A DNA stretch of 64,000 nt from Promethearchaeati archaeon SRVP18_Atabeyarchaeia-1 (GTDB taxonomy: Archaea; Asgardarchaeota; Atabeyarchaeia; Atabeyarchaeales; Atabeyarchaeaceae), in contig CP147779.1 in assembly GCA_037308085.1 (NCBI GenBank), positions 1 through 64,000 on the forward strand. Reading direction: 5' to 3'. A program made the translations under genes and the position numbers. Numbering within the stretch: position 1 is the first letter of the stretch; every line of letters starts with the position of its first letter. The notes below the pieces were generated by a model, which did not search any database, was not told where the DNA came from, and was given only the letters and a program-made list of their open reading frames with translations. Below, in pieces: positions 18,595 to 28,346 of the stretch.

Positions 18595-18795
18595 GTCAAG
18601 AACCCCGTCCTGAAGGGCGGGGCTTGGATGGTGGTAACAACGCGAGTCTTGACTAGAGGGCTCGAAGAGAGCAGAGGCGCCACGGGCTACAAGGACGGTG
18701 GAGTGTACCAGGCTCTTCAACCAGAGTACTTTCTACAGGCAGGAGACACCCCAGTTCCTGCCCTCCCTGAAGGGAGGGATTTCCTTGAGGGGGGC
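18595..18795 (+). mobile_element. non-autonomous IS200/IS605-type mini-element with IscB/HEARO-type omegaRNA 5' part
   Basis: starts GTCAAGAACCCCGTCCTGAAGGGCGGGGCTTG...CTTGACTAGAGGGC; ends with hairpin CCCTCCCTGAAGGGAGGG-ATTTCC followed by TTAA (18796-18799). Confidence 0.8.
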
Positions 18796-18823
18796 TTAAC
18801 ATGAGTTGGAGGTCGTACTAGAA

Positions 18824-19078
18824 ATGAGCAAGACTACGATCAAGATTGATTACGCGAAGTGTGGAGATAAGGGTGGAAGAGATCCCCGAAAATGTACTAC
18901 GTGCCTCAAGACGTGCGATCCTTCCGTTTTCCTTATGCACAGTGTGCTTAAGGCCAAGGAGAAAGACCCCTTTGATCCCCAAGTTTGGCGCATCACGCCG
19001 GTCTGGCCTTCCGTTTGTACACATTGCATGAAGTGCGTCGAGAAATGCCCCAAGAAGGCAATAACTGTGAAATGGTAG
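18824..19078 (+). CDS. small ferredoxin (copy 1)
   Basis: C-x10-CTTCLKTC and CTHCMKCVEKC; ATG at 18824 after GGAGGT. Confidence 0.85.
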   Translation: MSKTTIKIDYAKCGDKGGRDPRKCTTCLKTCDPSVFLMHSVLKAKEKDPFDPQVWRITPVWPSVCTHCMKCVEKCPKKAITVKW

Positions 19079-19240
19079 CTGGGGACAAGTCACAACTAGA
19101 ACGCTCTTCCGTCGCCTTGTTGCACCTTGCTGGTTACCTCGCAGACAGTATAATTGTGCCTTCTACGTTGAGCGTTTATCGCTTGCTGATCTGGGTTTGC
19201 CAGTTCATATGAAAGTCGATTGAGAAACGAGGTGTTATTC

Positions 19241-20080
19241 ATGTGTCAGTTTTGCACGAGGCATGGTGCTGGAAAGAAGTGGTATCTGAATGAGAGGAAT
19301 CTGTCCGTGAAACTAGCAAAGGAGCTAGGATACGAACCTTGGGAACTAGATCACTGGAAAACGCTTGACAAAGTCTACGGCGATGCATCGAAAATGCTAC
19401 AGGGCGTGCTAAGCGACCCGAAGATGCTTGAGCCCACAAAGAAGATGGTAGAAGGAATGATACAGAAGGATAAAGGTCCACGGAAATTCCCTGAGGGACA
19501 CCTGGGACAGGTAATCACGTTGGAGGAAGCAAAGAAGATCTGCGAAGTGTGCGGAGACATCTACAGATCGATGTGTCCTTGCCGGTACATGAACAGAAAC
19601 GAGAAAGTCTATACTTGTATGCCACTGGGACTGCATGGAGAGGCTCTCGAGGGGTGGGTGGACTGGGCCCCAAATGGAGTCGAGAAACTCTCAATCGATG
19701 AGGGAAAAGCACTCCTAGATGAATTTGACGAAAAAGGACTGGTTCACACGATAGCTGGAACGCCGCTGCCAATGGCATTCTCAATGTGCAACTGCCAGTA
19801 TCCAGAATGCATAGCTCTGAGACCTAGAATAGACTTCGATATACGCATCTTCCTGAAGGGGCATTACGTGGCAAATGTGAATATTGACAATTGCATAGGA
19901 TGCGGGAGCTGTGCGACACACTGCCAATTCGGAGCAATAAACATCCAGCCCACTCTGGGCAGAGCACATATCAACCAGTTCAAGTGCTTTGGATGTGGGT
20001 TATGCAGAGCCAAATGTGAACAGAACGCGATTACTCTAGTTCCAAGAGACGAGATACCCGCCTTGAGGGAGGAGTGGTAA
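19241..20080 (+). CDS. 4Fe-4S dicluster protein, paralog of 17717-18586 (copy 2)
   Basis: MCQFCTRHGAGKKWY, GHLGQVI, CPC, CNCQYPEC, two CxxCxxCxxxC motifs; ATG at 19241 after GAGGTG. Confidence 0.85.
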   Translation: MCQFCTRHGAGKKWYLNERNLSVKLAKELGYEPWELDHWKTLDKVYGDASKMLQGVLSDPKMLEPTKKMVEGMIQKDKGPRKFPEGHLGQVITLEEAKKICEVCGDIYRSMCPCRYMNRNEKVYTCMPLGLHGEALEGWVDWAPNGVEKLSIDEGKALLDEFDEKGLVHTIAGTPLPMAFSMCNCQYPECIALRPRIDFDIRIFLKGHYVANVNIDNCIGCGSCATHCQFGAINIQPTLGRAHINQFKCFGCGLCRAKCEQNAITLVPRDEIPALREEW

Positions 20081-20317
20081 ATGCCGGCTAAAATCACTGT
20101 TGAGTGGCTCAGAGACAAGTGCCCCAAACCACAGGATTGCGGGAAATGCTTGGAGGTCTGCCCAAATGCAGTCTTCGTTATGTATGCTACCAACAGGGAG
20201 CGCTACAAGAAAGCAGAGCAATATGTGATTGTCCCGTCATTTATGAACTTCTGTGTTACATGCAACAGGTGTACAGAGGTCTGCCCCAAAGGTGCAATCA
20301 GGATAGAGGCAAAGTAG
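20081..20317 (+). CDS. small ferredoxin (copy 2)
   Basis: CPKPQDCGKCLEVC and CVTCNRCTEVC. Confidence 0.85.
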   Translation: MPAKITVEWLRDKCPKPQDCGKCLEVCPNAVFVMYATNRERYKKAEQYVIVPSFMNFCVTCNRCTEVCPKGAIRIEAK

Positions 20318-20346
20318 ATTAAGAGGGTCTGCACGTGATCTGGGTC

Positions 20347-21099
20347 TCACTGCTTTTCAACTGAGGCGAAGAAACTCCCCTCGCCAGCCTTCTTACTAGA
20401 CTTGGATATTCTGACAGCCTTCAAACCGGATTCCGAAAGTAGTTTCCCAAGTTCCCTCTTGCTGAAGAGATGGTAGAAACGGGAAATCGACGTGGCGCCA
20501 TGACCGCTTCTCCAAGGGATCTGAATGTCACCCAGCTCTCCGTGAGCTTTGTCTCCGAGTGGATGTCGCAGGTGTCTCCTTAAGAAGTGCAGACCGAATC
20601 TTCTTTGCCATTTTCTCCATACCGTCACAACCGCTCGTCCCCGATCATTGATGATCCTTGAGACTTCCCGCATTGACTTGAGGCGTTCGGAGCCTGTTGG
20701 CAGGTGATGGATCGCCGCAACATATAGCACCCCGTTGACTGACTCGGTGCGGAGTGGTATATTTGATGCATCCCCGTTGATGACGGCCACCATTCTTTCC
20801 AGCCTCGAAGTATTGACTCGGTACCTTGCATGCCTCAGAAGTTGGAGGGAGAAGTCAATGGCTACGCATCTAAGCTGATGTTTGCCCGCGATGTAGATTG
20901 CATGTCTCGCATTTCCGCAAGCAAGATCCAAGACGACGTCATCTTTGTTCAGTTCGGGTGAGAATAGATGCTCCTCAGTGAATTCAGTTAAGTCCTCCCA
21001 GATGCGACTGCGAAGCTTATCATAGTCGTCGGATATGAAGTCGAAGGTCGACCGCACTTCTCTCTTGATCTCGCTTTCCCTGCTGGAATTGACTGGCAT
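20347..21099 (-). CDS. Trm9/ALKBH8-like SAM-dependent tRNA methyltransferase
   Basis: FDFISDDYDKLR..W, LDLACGNARH, AAIHHL..ER, VTVW, DIQIPW, RFYHLF..EL follow the Trm9 pattern. Confidence 0.75.
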   Translation of the reverse strand: MPVNSSRESEIKREVRSTFDFISDDYDKLRSRIWEDLTEFTEEHLFSPELNKDDVVLDLACGNARHAIYIAGKHQLRCVAIDFSLQLLRHARYRVNTSRLERMVAVINGDASNIPLRTESVNGVLYVAAIHHLPTGSERLKSMREVSRIINDRGRAVVTVWRKWQRRFGLHFLRRHLRHPLGDKAHGELGDIQIPWRSGHGATSISRFYHLFSKRELGKLLSESGLKAVRISKSSKKAGEGSFFASVEKQ

Positions 21100-21352
21100 G
21101 GAAACCTCATTCTCTATAGAATGAGTTATCGGAGCGGAAGATAAGCATTTATGGAAGATCTCTGCGCATGATTGGGTTCAATCTGGAATCAAATTGCGAT
21201 AAGCGCATGAAACCAAGAAGAGGAGAAGGCTTGCGAGTGCATAGACAACAAAACTCTTTAGCGTCTCGTCACCACTGATGTACGGTACTTGGATGAAGGA
21301 TTTCATGTGTCGCGTTCCTTATCTGACGCTGGATCGATCCGTTTGAATATCG

Positions 21353-22387
21353 ATGGGGGTTCCAGAGATTTTGAGGATCCTTGTGAAATCTGTAGATGGC
21401 CTCGAAGAGACTGTCGTTCAAGAGATCAATGAGAAACTCCGAGCAAGAGAGCTAGTTCTTTCGCCGTACGGTTCACGCAGCTGGATTAGATGCGAGGTAG
21501 AAAGAGGATCTCTTACAGATGTCCAGAGACTAAGATCTATCACAGAAGCGTATGTGGTTATCCTCGAGGAGGAATATGGTGAAAGCTTTTCGATAGATCG
21601 CTTTGCTGACAAAGCTGTGGAATCGATTCCCGCATATGCGGGCAAAGCTCGCAGGATTTCTGTCTCAGCATACTCTGTCCGAGGGAGACCGAGTCAGAGG
21701 CAGATACAGGGAGCTTTCTCGAAGAGAATCGTTGGAAGGCTGAATGCGGAATGCAACTTCAGGGAGTATGATATTGCACTGCGTGTAACTCTTCTAAAAA
21801 GGACAGCGATTGCCGCGGTCAATCTCGAGATACTGCCAGGCAACATGCCGAAGGGGATTCTAACCCATCCCACACCCTTGCTTCCCCCGATAGCTTACTT
21901 CATGGTGAGGCTATCTTCTCCGCAGGAGGGGGAGCGTCTGCTTGATCCTATGTGCGGCTGTGGAACAATACCACTAATGGCTGCACTAGAGTGGAAGCGC
22001 CTCAAGATCACAGGAGCAGATGTGGATGAAGAGTACGTATCCTGTGCGGGAAGAAACGCCAAGACGCTGGGCGTCGAAGACAAGATAAACCTGCTTGTCA
22101 GCGACGTGGCCGGTTTGTCAAAAAGGGGTCTTGAAGCCGACATGATAGTGGTAAATCCTCCGTACGGGATGTCTGTGCCTGCCAAAAGTGACTTGGAGAA
22201 GCTTTGCAGGATTCTCTTTGAAGAGGCTTTCATAATTCTGTCAAGCAGAGGGAGGATGGCTATAGTGACACCTTATCCTGCAATCGTGGAGAGAGAAGCT
22301 TCCAGACAGATGTTCAAGGTCGACTCGACTCATAGGATACGAGAGGGAGAGTTGCCACGCACAATTCAGCTTATCAAGAAAGCATAA
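21353..22387 (+). CDS. THUMP-type RNA m2G methyltransferase (Trm14/TrmN-like)
   Basis: GLEETVVQEI, LLDPMCGCGTIP, VNPPYG. Confidence 0.75.
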   Translation: MGVPEILRILVKSVDGLEETVVQEINEKLRARELVLSPYGSRSWIRCEVERGSLTDVQRLRSITEAYVVILEEEYGESFSIDRFADKAVESIPAYAGKARRISVSAYSVRGRPSQRQIQGAFSKRIVGRLNAECNFREYDIALRVTLLKRTAIAAVNLEILPGNMPKGILTHPTPLLPPIAYFMVRLSSPQEGERLLDPMCGCGTIPLMAALEWKRLKITGADVDEEYVSCAGRNAKTLGVEDKINLLVSDVAGLSKRGLEADMIVVNPPYGMSVPAKSDLEKLCRILFEEAFIILSSRGRMAIVTPYPAIVEREASRQMFKVDSTHRIREGELPRTIQLIKKA

Positions 22388-22425
22388 TGAAATAAAAGAA
22401 GGGAGGGAGCTATCGGCTTAGCCTT

Positions 22426-23622
22426 TCAAGTCAATATCTCATGAAGCAGGTTATTCTCAATTGCACGTCGCAGTTCCAGGGCTGTCCTTCTGCCAGATGA
22501 CATTCTCTGACGCCAGAGCAGGTTACCATAGTTGTGTCCAACCCATCCGTGAACGTTAGTTCCCCCGCCGATTCTGAACGCAACATCGTATACGACTGGT
22601 TTCATTTCTGGCGTGATTATGGTCTGCAAGCAGTACGCTCCGATCATCCCTGGGGCCATGAACTGCTGCGTTGCTTTCTGGAATTTCTCTCCCATTTCGA
22701 AAACGAATCTGAGGATTGACTCCCTTACTGTGCAAGAGTTGTGCCCAACCACTACGTAGAGCGGGTCTCTCATTTTCTCGTTTATTTCGAGTTGCTGTGC
22801 TGCTGGCAATCTGACCAAGCCGTCGAGATTGCTCTCGAACCTCCAGTCTATACCAAGCAGTTCAAGCGGCTCTTCTCCGAGTTTCGCGCTGACCGGGCTA
22901 TAGAAGAAGTCGAAATTCATCACAGGCCCGAGAATATACTGCTCGATTCTCGCCTTATCGAGATCCTCTTTTGTTATTATGTCTCTTGATAGTAGTCGAT
23001 TAGCCTTCTCGTCGAATTCCTTTCTGGAGGATGCAGTGAAGAATCCCCTTTCAAGATGCATGTGCTTGTGTTTGAGCTTGACCATGACGAGCCCGATATT
23101 GTCAATTTGATCTGGGTTATCCAGTTTCTTGGGTGTGGCGACTCCCGCAGCCTCGCAAAGCGAGTAATAGTCTGAAATCTTTCCCTCTTCTGTCTCTCCT
23201 CTCTTGCCTCGTTCTTCAATTCTCAGCATGTTTCTGCTTCCGATGAGTGGGATCTTGAACTGTTCCTCGATCTCTGTCTCCCCGACATAGACTGTGAAAG
23301 CCCTATTCGGCACGATGATGATGCTATTCTGGCTCATGTAGTCTTGTTGCTGAAGCATCTGGTTGAACTTGTCCAGGACGATGGTGTTGTCCACACACCC
23401 TTTGACGTGTTTTCCGTGGATGTATTGGCTCTTGAAGAACCTTGTATATGGTTCTTCTCTTCCCTTCTCGCACCATGCGTAGGTTGAGAAGCCTTCATCC
23501 TTTGCACCATCCAAGATGTCAAGTGCACTGTGCGAGCCGATGCTTCCGACAGCAATCTTCTTTTTGTTGTACTTGTCAGCGATGCGCCAAATCTCTTCTC
23601 TATCTATCATAGTAGAATACAA
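22426..23622 (-). CDS. purP: formate:AICAR ligase, PurP family
   Basis: GSHSALDILDGAKDEGF, VPNRAF, ERGFF, ESNLDG, RIGGGTN; likely ATG at 23610. Confidence 0.9.
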   Translation of the reverse strand: MYSTMIDREEIWRIADKYNKKKIAVGSIGSHSALDILDGAKDEGFSTYAWCEKGREEPYTRFFKSQYIHGKHVKGCVDNTIVLDKFNQMLQQQDYMSQNSIIIVPNRAFTVYVGETEIEEQFKIPLIGSRNMLRIEERGKRGETEEGKISDYYSLCEAAGVATPKKLDNPDQIDNIGLVMVKLKHKHMHLERGFFTASSRKEFDEKANRLLSRDIITKEDLDKARIEQYILGPVMNFDFFYSPVSAKLGEEPLELLGIDWRFESNLDGLVRLPAAQQLEINEKMRDPLYVVVGHNSCTVRESILRFVFEMGEKFQKATQQFMAPGMIGAYCLQTIITPEMKPVVYDVAFRIGGGTNVHGWVGHNYGNLLWRQRMSSGRRTALELRRAIENNLLHEILT

Positions 23623-23765
23623 ACCCCTTTCTTTTTGGATTATCCAGCTAAACAGATAGTTAGACTACTAGATTCTGTAATATAAAATCTTCCGAGAATG
23701 CTGGGAATCAACGGCGACCAAGGAGCAAACGGACCTCTAAGAGAATTTACTGCCAAGTGGAATCG

Positions 23766-24911
23766 CTAGTACTTCAGCGACGTGCCTCGCGGCGTCTTAA
23801 CTGTTATTGACTCCTCTTTCACAACTTCGCCCACTGGAAAGGCGCTTGTTCCGTGTCTGCCGGCTATTGCCAAAACCGTCTCAACTTGTCTCTTGGGTAC
23901 GATTATGCAGAATCCTATGCCCATGTTGTACGTCTTGTACATCTCTTCTTCCGTTATGCGACCAAGCTTTGATATCGACTCAAAGATCTGCGGGGCTTTG
24001 GGCATCTGGTTCAGCTTGAAACCGACATGAGCATAGCGACCGATTCTTCTAAGTTTCGTGAAGGCGCCGCCGGTTATGTGCGCAAGCCCATGCGCCTCGA
24101 CTTCTCTGGTTATTTCGTATACTTCCGGGGAGTAAATCTTCGTGGGAGTAAGAAGTTCTTCACCGATCTTCAAATCTGTTCCGGGCAGATTGTCGTTGAC
24201 ATCTAGCTTAGGCGCCTCCAGTAGAACCTTTCTCGCTAAAGTGAGACCATTGCTGTGGATCCCGTTGCTTGCGAGTCCCACGACGGCGTCTCCTGGTTTC
24301 ATCTTCTCGCCAGTTATCAATGAATTCCTGTCAAGTAATCCGATGCTTGTTCCGGCAAGGTCGAATCCCATGTCAGTGCGCGCACCATGGATGATGTCTG
24401 GAACTGAAGCTGTCTCCCCGCCGACGATGGCAATACTTGCCCTCTTTGCACCCTCGACGATGCCTTTCACAATCTCTCTTATCAGATCTGGATTATATTT
24501 CTCCACAGCCAAGTAGTCAAGTAGTGCAATTGGTTCTGCGCCGACGCACACCAGATCGTTGACGTTCATTGCAACGAGGTCTATGCCAACGGTGTCATAC
24601 TTGCCGAGGAGTTGGGCTACAAGCACTTTTGTACCGACATTGTCAGCGTGGACTGCGAGTAGCCTGTCTCCAGCCCCTATGTCGATTAGCCCCGCGAAGT
24701 GTCCTCGAAGGTCTAGAGGTTGCCCATTCTTTGACCTTCGGAATCTGAAGGTCGTGCTGATGAGCTTCCATATCTCTGAAATAGTCTTGTCTCCGCCTTC
24801 CAAGCTTACTCCAGCCTTTGAGTACGTCCACTCTTCTTCTTCACTTATGCCCTCCTCATCCTCGCCAAGAACCCTGCCATCTTTATCTACCGTATCCCCT
24901 TCTGCATCCAC
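23766..24911 (-). CDS. purM: phosphoribosylformylglycinamidine cyclo-ligase (AIR synthetase)
   Basis: YSKAGV, DNVGTK, AMNVND, GGETA, SNGIHSNG, AHITGG, YNMGIG. Confidence 0.95.
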   Translation of the reverse strand: MDAEGDTVDKDGRVLGEDEEGISEEEEWTYSKAGVSLEGGDKTISEIWKLISTTFRFRRSKNGQPLDLRGHFAGLIDIGAGDRLLAVHADNVGTKVLVAQLLGKYDTVGIDLVAMNVNDLVCVGAEPIALLDYLAVEKYNPDLIREIVKGIVEGAKRASIAIVGGETASVPDIIHGARTDMGFDLAGTSIGLLDRNSLITGEKMKPGDAVVGLASNGIHSNGLTLARKVLLEAPKLDVNDNLPGTDLKIGEELLTPTKIYSPEVYEITREVEAHGLAHITGGAFTKLRRIGRYAHVGFKLNQMPKAPQIFESISKLGRITEEEMYKTYNMGIGFCIIVPKRQVETVLAIAGRHGTSAFPVGEVVKEESITVKTPRGTSLKY

Positions 24912-25009
24912 GAATATGGCGCCTCCTGGGATCCTTCCCGAAAACTCTCAAAAGCATAAACCTGAATAAATGCTTGTGGGATCAACCTTTCCTGTTAGGA
25001 GAGCTTGAA

Positions 25010-26404
25010 CTAAGCGACCTTCTCTTTCTTTAGAATGCTGTTCGCAACTACGAGTCCGGTTGCCGCTGCGCTCACTATCCCTCTTGACACGCCGACTCCA
25101 TCTCCGGCCACGAATAGGTTGGGTATCTCAGTCTCCAGTCCCTTTTTTGTCAAGACCCGCTTGGCACTGTATTTTATTTCCGGAGCGTATAGAAGTGTCG
25201 TATCGCTTGCGACTCCAGGAATCAGTTTGTCCAGTTTTTCGAGGCCTTCGATTACGTCGGTAACGATTCTATGTGGCATTGCCATAGCGATATCTCCAGG
25301 CGTCACGTCTCTGAGGGTTGGGCGGACAGGGCTTCTCGTTATTCTCTCCCACGTTGATCTTCTTCCAGCCCTGAGATCTCCTAGCCTCTGGAGCAGTGGC
25401 TTCCCTCCGCCCAGAAGCGTGGTTTGTTTGCCTATCGATCTGCCATAAGCGGTTGTGTCCTCAAACGGCTCCGTGAGAATCATTCGAACCAAGAAGGCGA
25501 AGTTCGTTGCCTCTGATTTGTCCGAGAGTGACGAGTGCCCGTTGACGCAAACGTGATCTTCATAGACTTCCTGTACTACGTGACCTTCATGGTTGACGCA
25601 GAAGGTTCTAATGAAGTCGTCGTAAGTGGGCGTATAGATGTGGACCTTTGGGTCCCTCTGGATACTGCAGATCGGATCCATTATCGTTGAAGGTACTTCA
25701 ACCCGGACTCCTATGTCCAGAGGCTCAAAGCGAGTTTTCACTTTCAGCTTCTCCATCTGCTCCGCGACCCATTCCATGCCCCATCTTCCAGGGGCGAGAA
25801 GTATGTAGTGAGCGACTATCTCATCCCCTTGCCTTAGCGTCAAGGTTGAGTCGTTGACCTCAGCTACTTTAGATTTTAGCCTGAATTTCACGCCTCTCTT
25901 TTCTAGCGTATTCTTGATGTTTGTTATGACTCTGGGCGCATTATCTGTTCCGATTAGCCGCTGGGTTGTCGGAATGAATCGAAGTCCTGCGGATGCCGCT
26001 TTCCGGCTGAGTTCAGTTGTGCTTTCCCGGTCTGGAGCATAGATCTGGTTTGGAGCACCGTTCTCCTTGAACACGTCGTCAACCCTTTTGACAAGGTTCC
26101 ATGCTTCGACCTCATTATCTGTGAACTCCGTCAGGTCGCCGCCAATGAAAGGGCTTAAGTTTAGCAATCCGCTCGAGAAAGTTCCTGCGCCGCCTACCCC
26201 ACACAGTATGTTGCACGGCCTGCATTTCATGCATATTGTGAATTCCCGGGCAGGGCAGTCCCTTTTCTCGACGTCATTACCTTCTTCTATTATGATTATC
26301 TTCAAATCACTTTTCTCTGATATCTCGTAAGCTGCAAGTAGACCAGCAGCGCCTGCGCCTACGATGGCGACGTCGAAGTCAGGGCTCGTCGGCAAGACCC
26401 CCAT
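25010..26404 (-). CDS. NAD(P)/FAD-dependent oxidoreductase with Cys-rich N-terminal insert
   Basis: IVGAGAAG, C..C..C..C..GVGGAG, DIGVRVE, YAPEIK, AGDGVGVSRG. Confidence 0.85.
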   Translation of the reverse strand: MGVLPTSPDFDVAIVGAGAAGLLAAYEISEKSDLKIIIIEEGNDVEKRDCPAREFTICMKCRPCNILCGVGGAGTFSSGLLNLSPFIGGDLTEFTDNEVEAWNLVKRVDDVFKENGAPNQIYAPDRESTTELSRKAASAGLRFIPTTQRLIGTDNAPRVITNIKNTLEKRGVKFRLKSKVAEVNDSTLTLRQGDEIVAHYILLAPGRWGMEWVAEQMEKLKVKTRFEPLDIGVRVEVPSTIMDPICSIQRDPKVHIYTPTYDDFIRTFCVNHEGHVVQEVYEDHVCVNGHSSLSDKSEATNFAFLVRMILTEPFEDTTAYGRSIGKQTTLLGGGKPLLQRLGDLRAGRRSTWERITRSPVRPTLRDVTPGDIAMAMPHRIVTDVIEGLEKLDKLIPGVASDTTLLYAPEIKYSAKRVLTKKGLETEIPNLFVAGDGVGVSRGIVSAAATGLVVANSILKKEKVA

Positions 26405-26609
26405 TGCATACGCGCATCAGAAAAACGGGTAGAGCAGCAGAGTTCCGAGTCTCTAAAGATTCCACCGACTAATTAGCGGTAAGGTTGCTCTTAAATCTTG
26501 CCTACCCGCGCCCTAATCATTTTTATGCTGTCAGTGAGTGACCATTTAGTGGGACAAAGAAGAATCAGCTCTATTATCCGAGAATGTATTGTCTTGGAGA
26601 TGTTTTGGA

Positions 26610-27050
26610 ATGCCTCAGCAGCCTAGGGTCGCGGTTGTAATAGGTTCGAAATCTGATGAAGAAGTCACGAGGAATGCCCTGAAGATATTTGAGGAATTTG
26701 GTCTTGCCTACGACTTCAAGGTCCTTTCAGCTCACAGAAATCCTGAAGCCCTTAAAGAATACGTCGAGAAATCGGACTGCGAGGTCTTCATAGCGGTGGC
26801 GGGATTGGCAGCTCATTTACCGGGCGCTATTGCGGCCAGGACTACAAGACCTGTAATCGGAGTTCCTGTTTCGGGCAAGTTGGGGGGGCTGGATGCTCTT
26901 CTATCTATAGTTCAGATGCCTAGGGGTGTTCCAGTGGCTTGCGTTGCCATTGATGGAACTCAGAATGCTGCGCTTTTGGCTCTGGAAATACTCGCCCTGA
27001 AGGATAGGCAGATCGGCGATAAGTTGAAGGATTATCGGGCGAGACTATGA
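26610..27050 (+). CDS. purE: N5-CAIR mutase
   Basis: [38 protein letters not shown]. Confidence 0.95.
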   Translation: MPQQPRVAVVIGSKSDEEVTRNALKIFEEFGLAYDFKVLSAHRNPEALKEYVEKSDCEVFIAVAGLAAHLPGAIAARTTRPVIGVPVSGKLGGLDALLSIVQMPRGVPVACVAIDGTQNAALLALEILALKDRQIGDKLKDYRARL

Positions 27051-27128
27051 ATGGATTTCCCGCGAAATCCAGATTGCCTAGCAACTCTAGACCGTAGGCT
27101 TTCAGGAACTATTGGAGGTGCAGAAGCG

Positions 27129-28304
27129 TTATTGGGAATAGAGTTTCTTGACGTAGTCTTTGCAGATTCGATTTGTCCGTATGACTGCGTCAATATTGCG
27201 GTCTATTTCCCCTGTCATAAATACTCTGACCGGCGGGGCTGCCTCCGTCCCTGCAGCAGTCTCAACATCGATCTTCCACTGGAGGGAGACGGTCGGCTCT
27301 GCTAAGGATTGTCCGTTAGAGATTATGTGCTCTATTATCGGTACCAGGGATTTCATCGTAGGGGTCGCTATGTTGATTTTCGAGGATGTGAGGGCTTGCC
27401 TATTTGTGCAGTTGATTGAGATTCCATTTCCAGCGTATGCTATGGGGTCAGCATCTACAATGCTGTCGCCAGTATAGATCAAGTTCTCTTTCTTTGTCCT
27501 CTCCAGCTTTTCTATTGACATGAGCACCCGCTTCTTTCTGTGCGCGCCCATGATTCCGTCTTCAGAGTATAGAAGATGTCGGAGGTCGTCTGCGAGAGCC
27601 TTATCTTTTCCGCGTATCTCTTCGAGAAGTCTTAGCTGTTTTTCCCTGGAGGATCTGACGACTTCTTCATCGGTTCTCCCGCTAGCATATGACTTGTTCA
27701 TTTCAACGCAAAGTTCCAGGTACCTGCTTAAGAAATCTTGAAGATTCTGGGAATTGAGGTATTTCTCATAGGGGAATCTTTCCGCAATTTCCTTTTGCAT
27801 CGTCTCCTCGCCATTTCCAACTTTCTCGATTCTTTGTCTGTCGTAAGTGGCAGTTTTTTCGTGAGCAAGTTGATTGCCGCTGCAAAAGACGTGCGATGAG
27901 AGAATTCCCGATTGATAGGCTATTGGCAGTATTGCAGCTGGATGAGCGCTTGAGATGAAGTAGGGTTGGATTCGCTTCTCATCCTTGAGCCATCCCAGCA
28001 GCTCGCCTGCTCCAGGGGTCAGCTTCAAATGCTGTTTTGCGAGCCTCAGAAAATCCTCATTTCTGGCGCCGTAAGCTATTGCCAAGAGAGCAGTGATTAT
28101 TGGCGTTGAGCCTGTGGAGTGCCCTTCTATCCCTCTCTCGTGTAGCCATCTGTTGTCATCGTACTCATCGAAGATCTTCACTTTCTCAGATAACTGCTTC
28201 AGATCCTTCACTTTGACCAAGTTCTCTAGAACAAGCCATGCGAAGTCAAAGCCAGGGTTTATTATCGGACCCTCGACATCAAAGCCTACTACAAACTTGC
28301 CCAA
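27129..28304 (-). CDS. HAD-like putative phosphohydrolase (EhaR/COG4030-like)
   Basis: FDVEGPI, FDEYDD, LTPGA, YTGDSIVD, GISIN. Confidence 0.6.
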   Translation of the reverse strand: MGKFVVGFDVEGPIINPGFDFAWLVLENLVKVKDLKQLSEKVKIFDEYDDNRWLHERGIEGHSTGSTPIITALLAIAYGARNEDFLRLAKQHLKLTPGAGELLGWLKDEKRIQPYFISSAHPAAILPIAYQSGILSSHVFCSGNQLAHEKTATYDRQRIEKVGNGEETMQKEIAERFPYEKYLNSQNLQDFLSRYLELCVEMNKSYASGRTDEEVVRSSREKQLRLLEEIRGKDKALADDLRHLLYSEDGIMGAHRKKRVLMSIEKLERTKKENLIYTGDSIVDADPIAYAGNGISINCTNRQALTSSKINIATPTMKSLVPIIEHIISNGQSLAEPTVSLQWKIDVETAAGTEAAPPVRVFMTGEIDRNIDAVIRTNRICKDYVKKLYSQ

Positions 28305-28346
28305 GTTTAGTTCACTTCCAGAGATTATCCTTTGGCTGGTTTGCTT

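Noticed and set aside
15209-18795. The two mini-elements as ends of one composite transposon, or as partners of the tnpB at 54083
   Set aside because: Each has its own pair of ends with different cleavage motifs, and neither resembles the TIR element.
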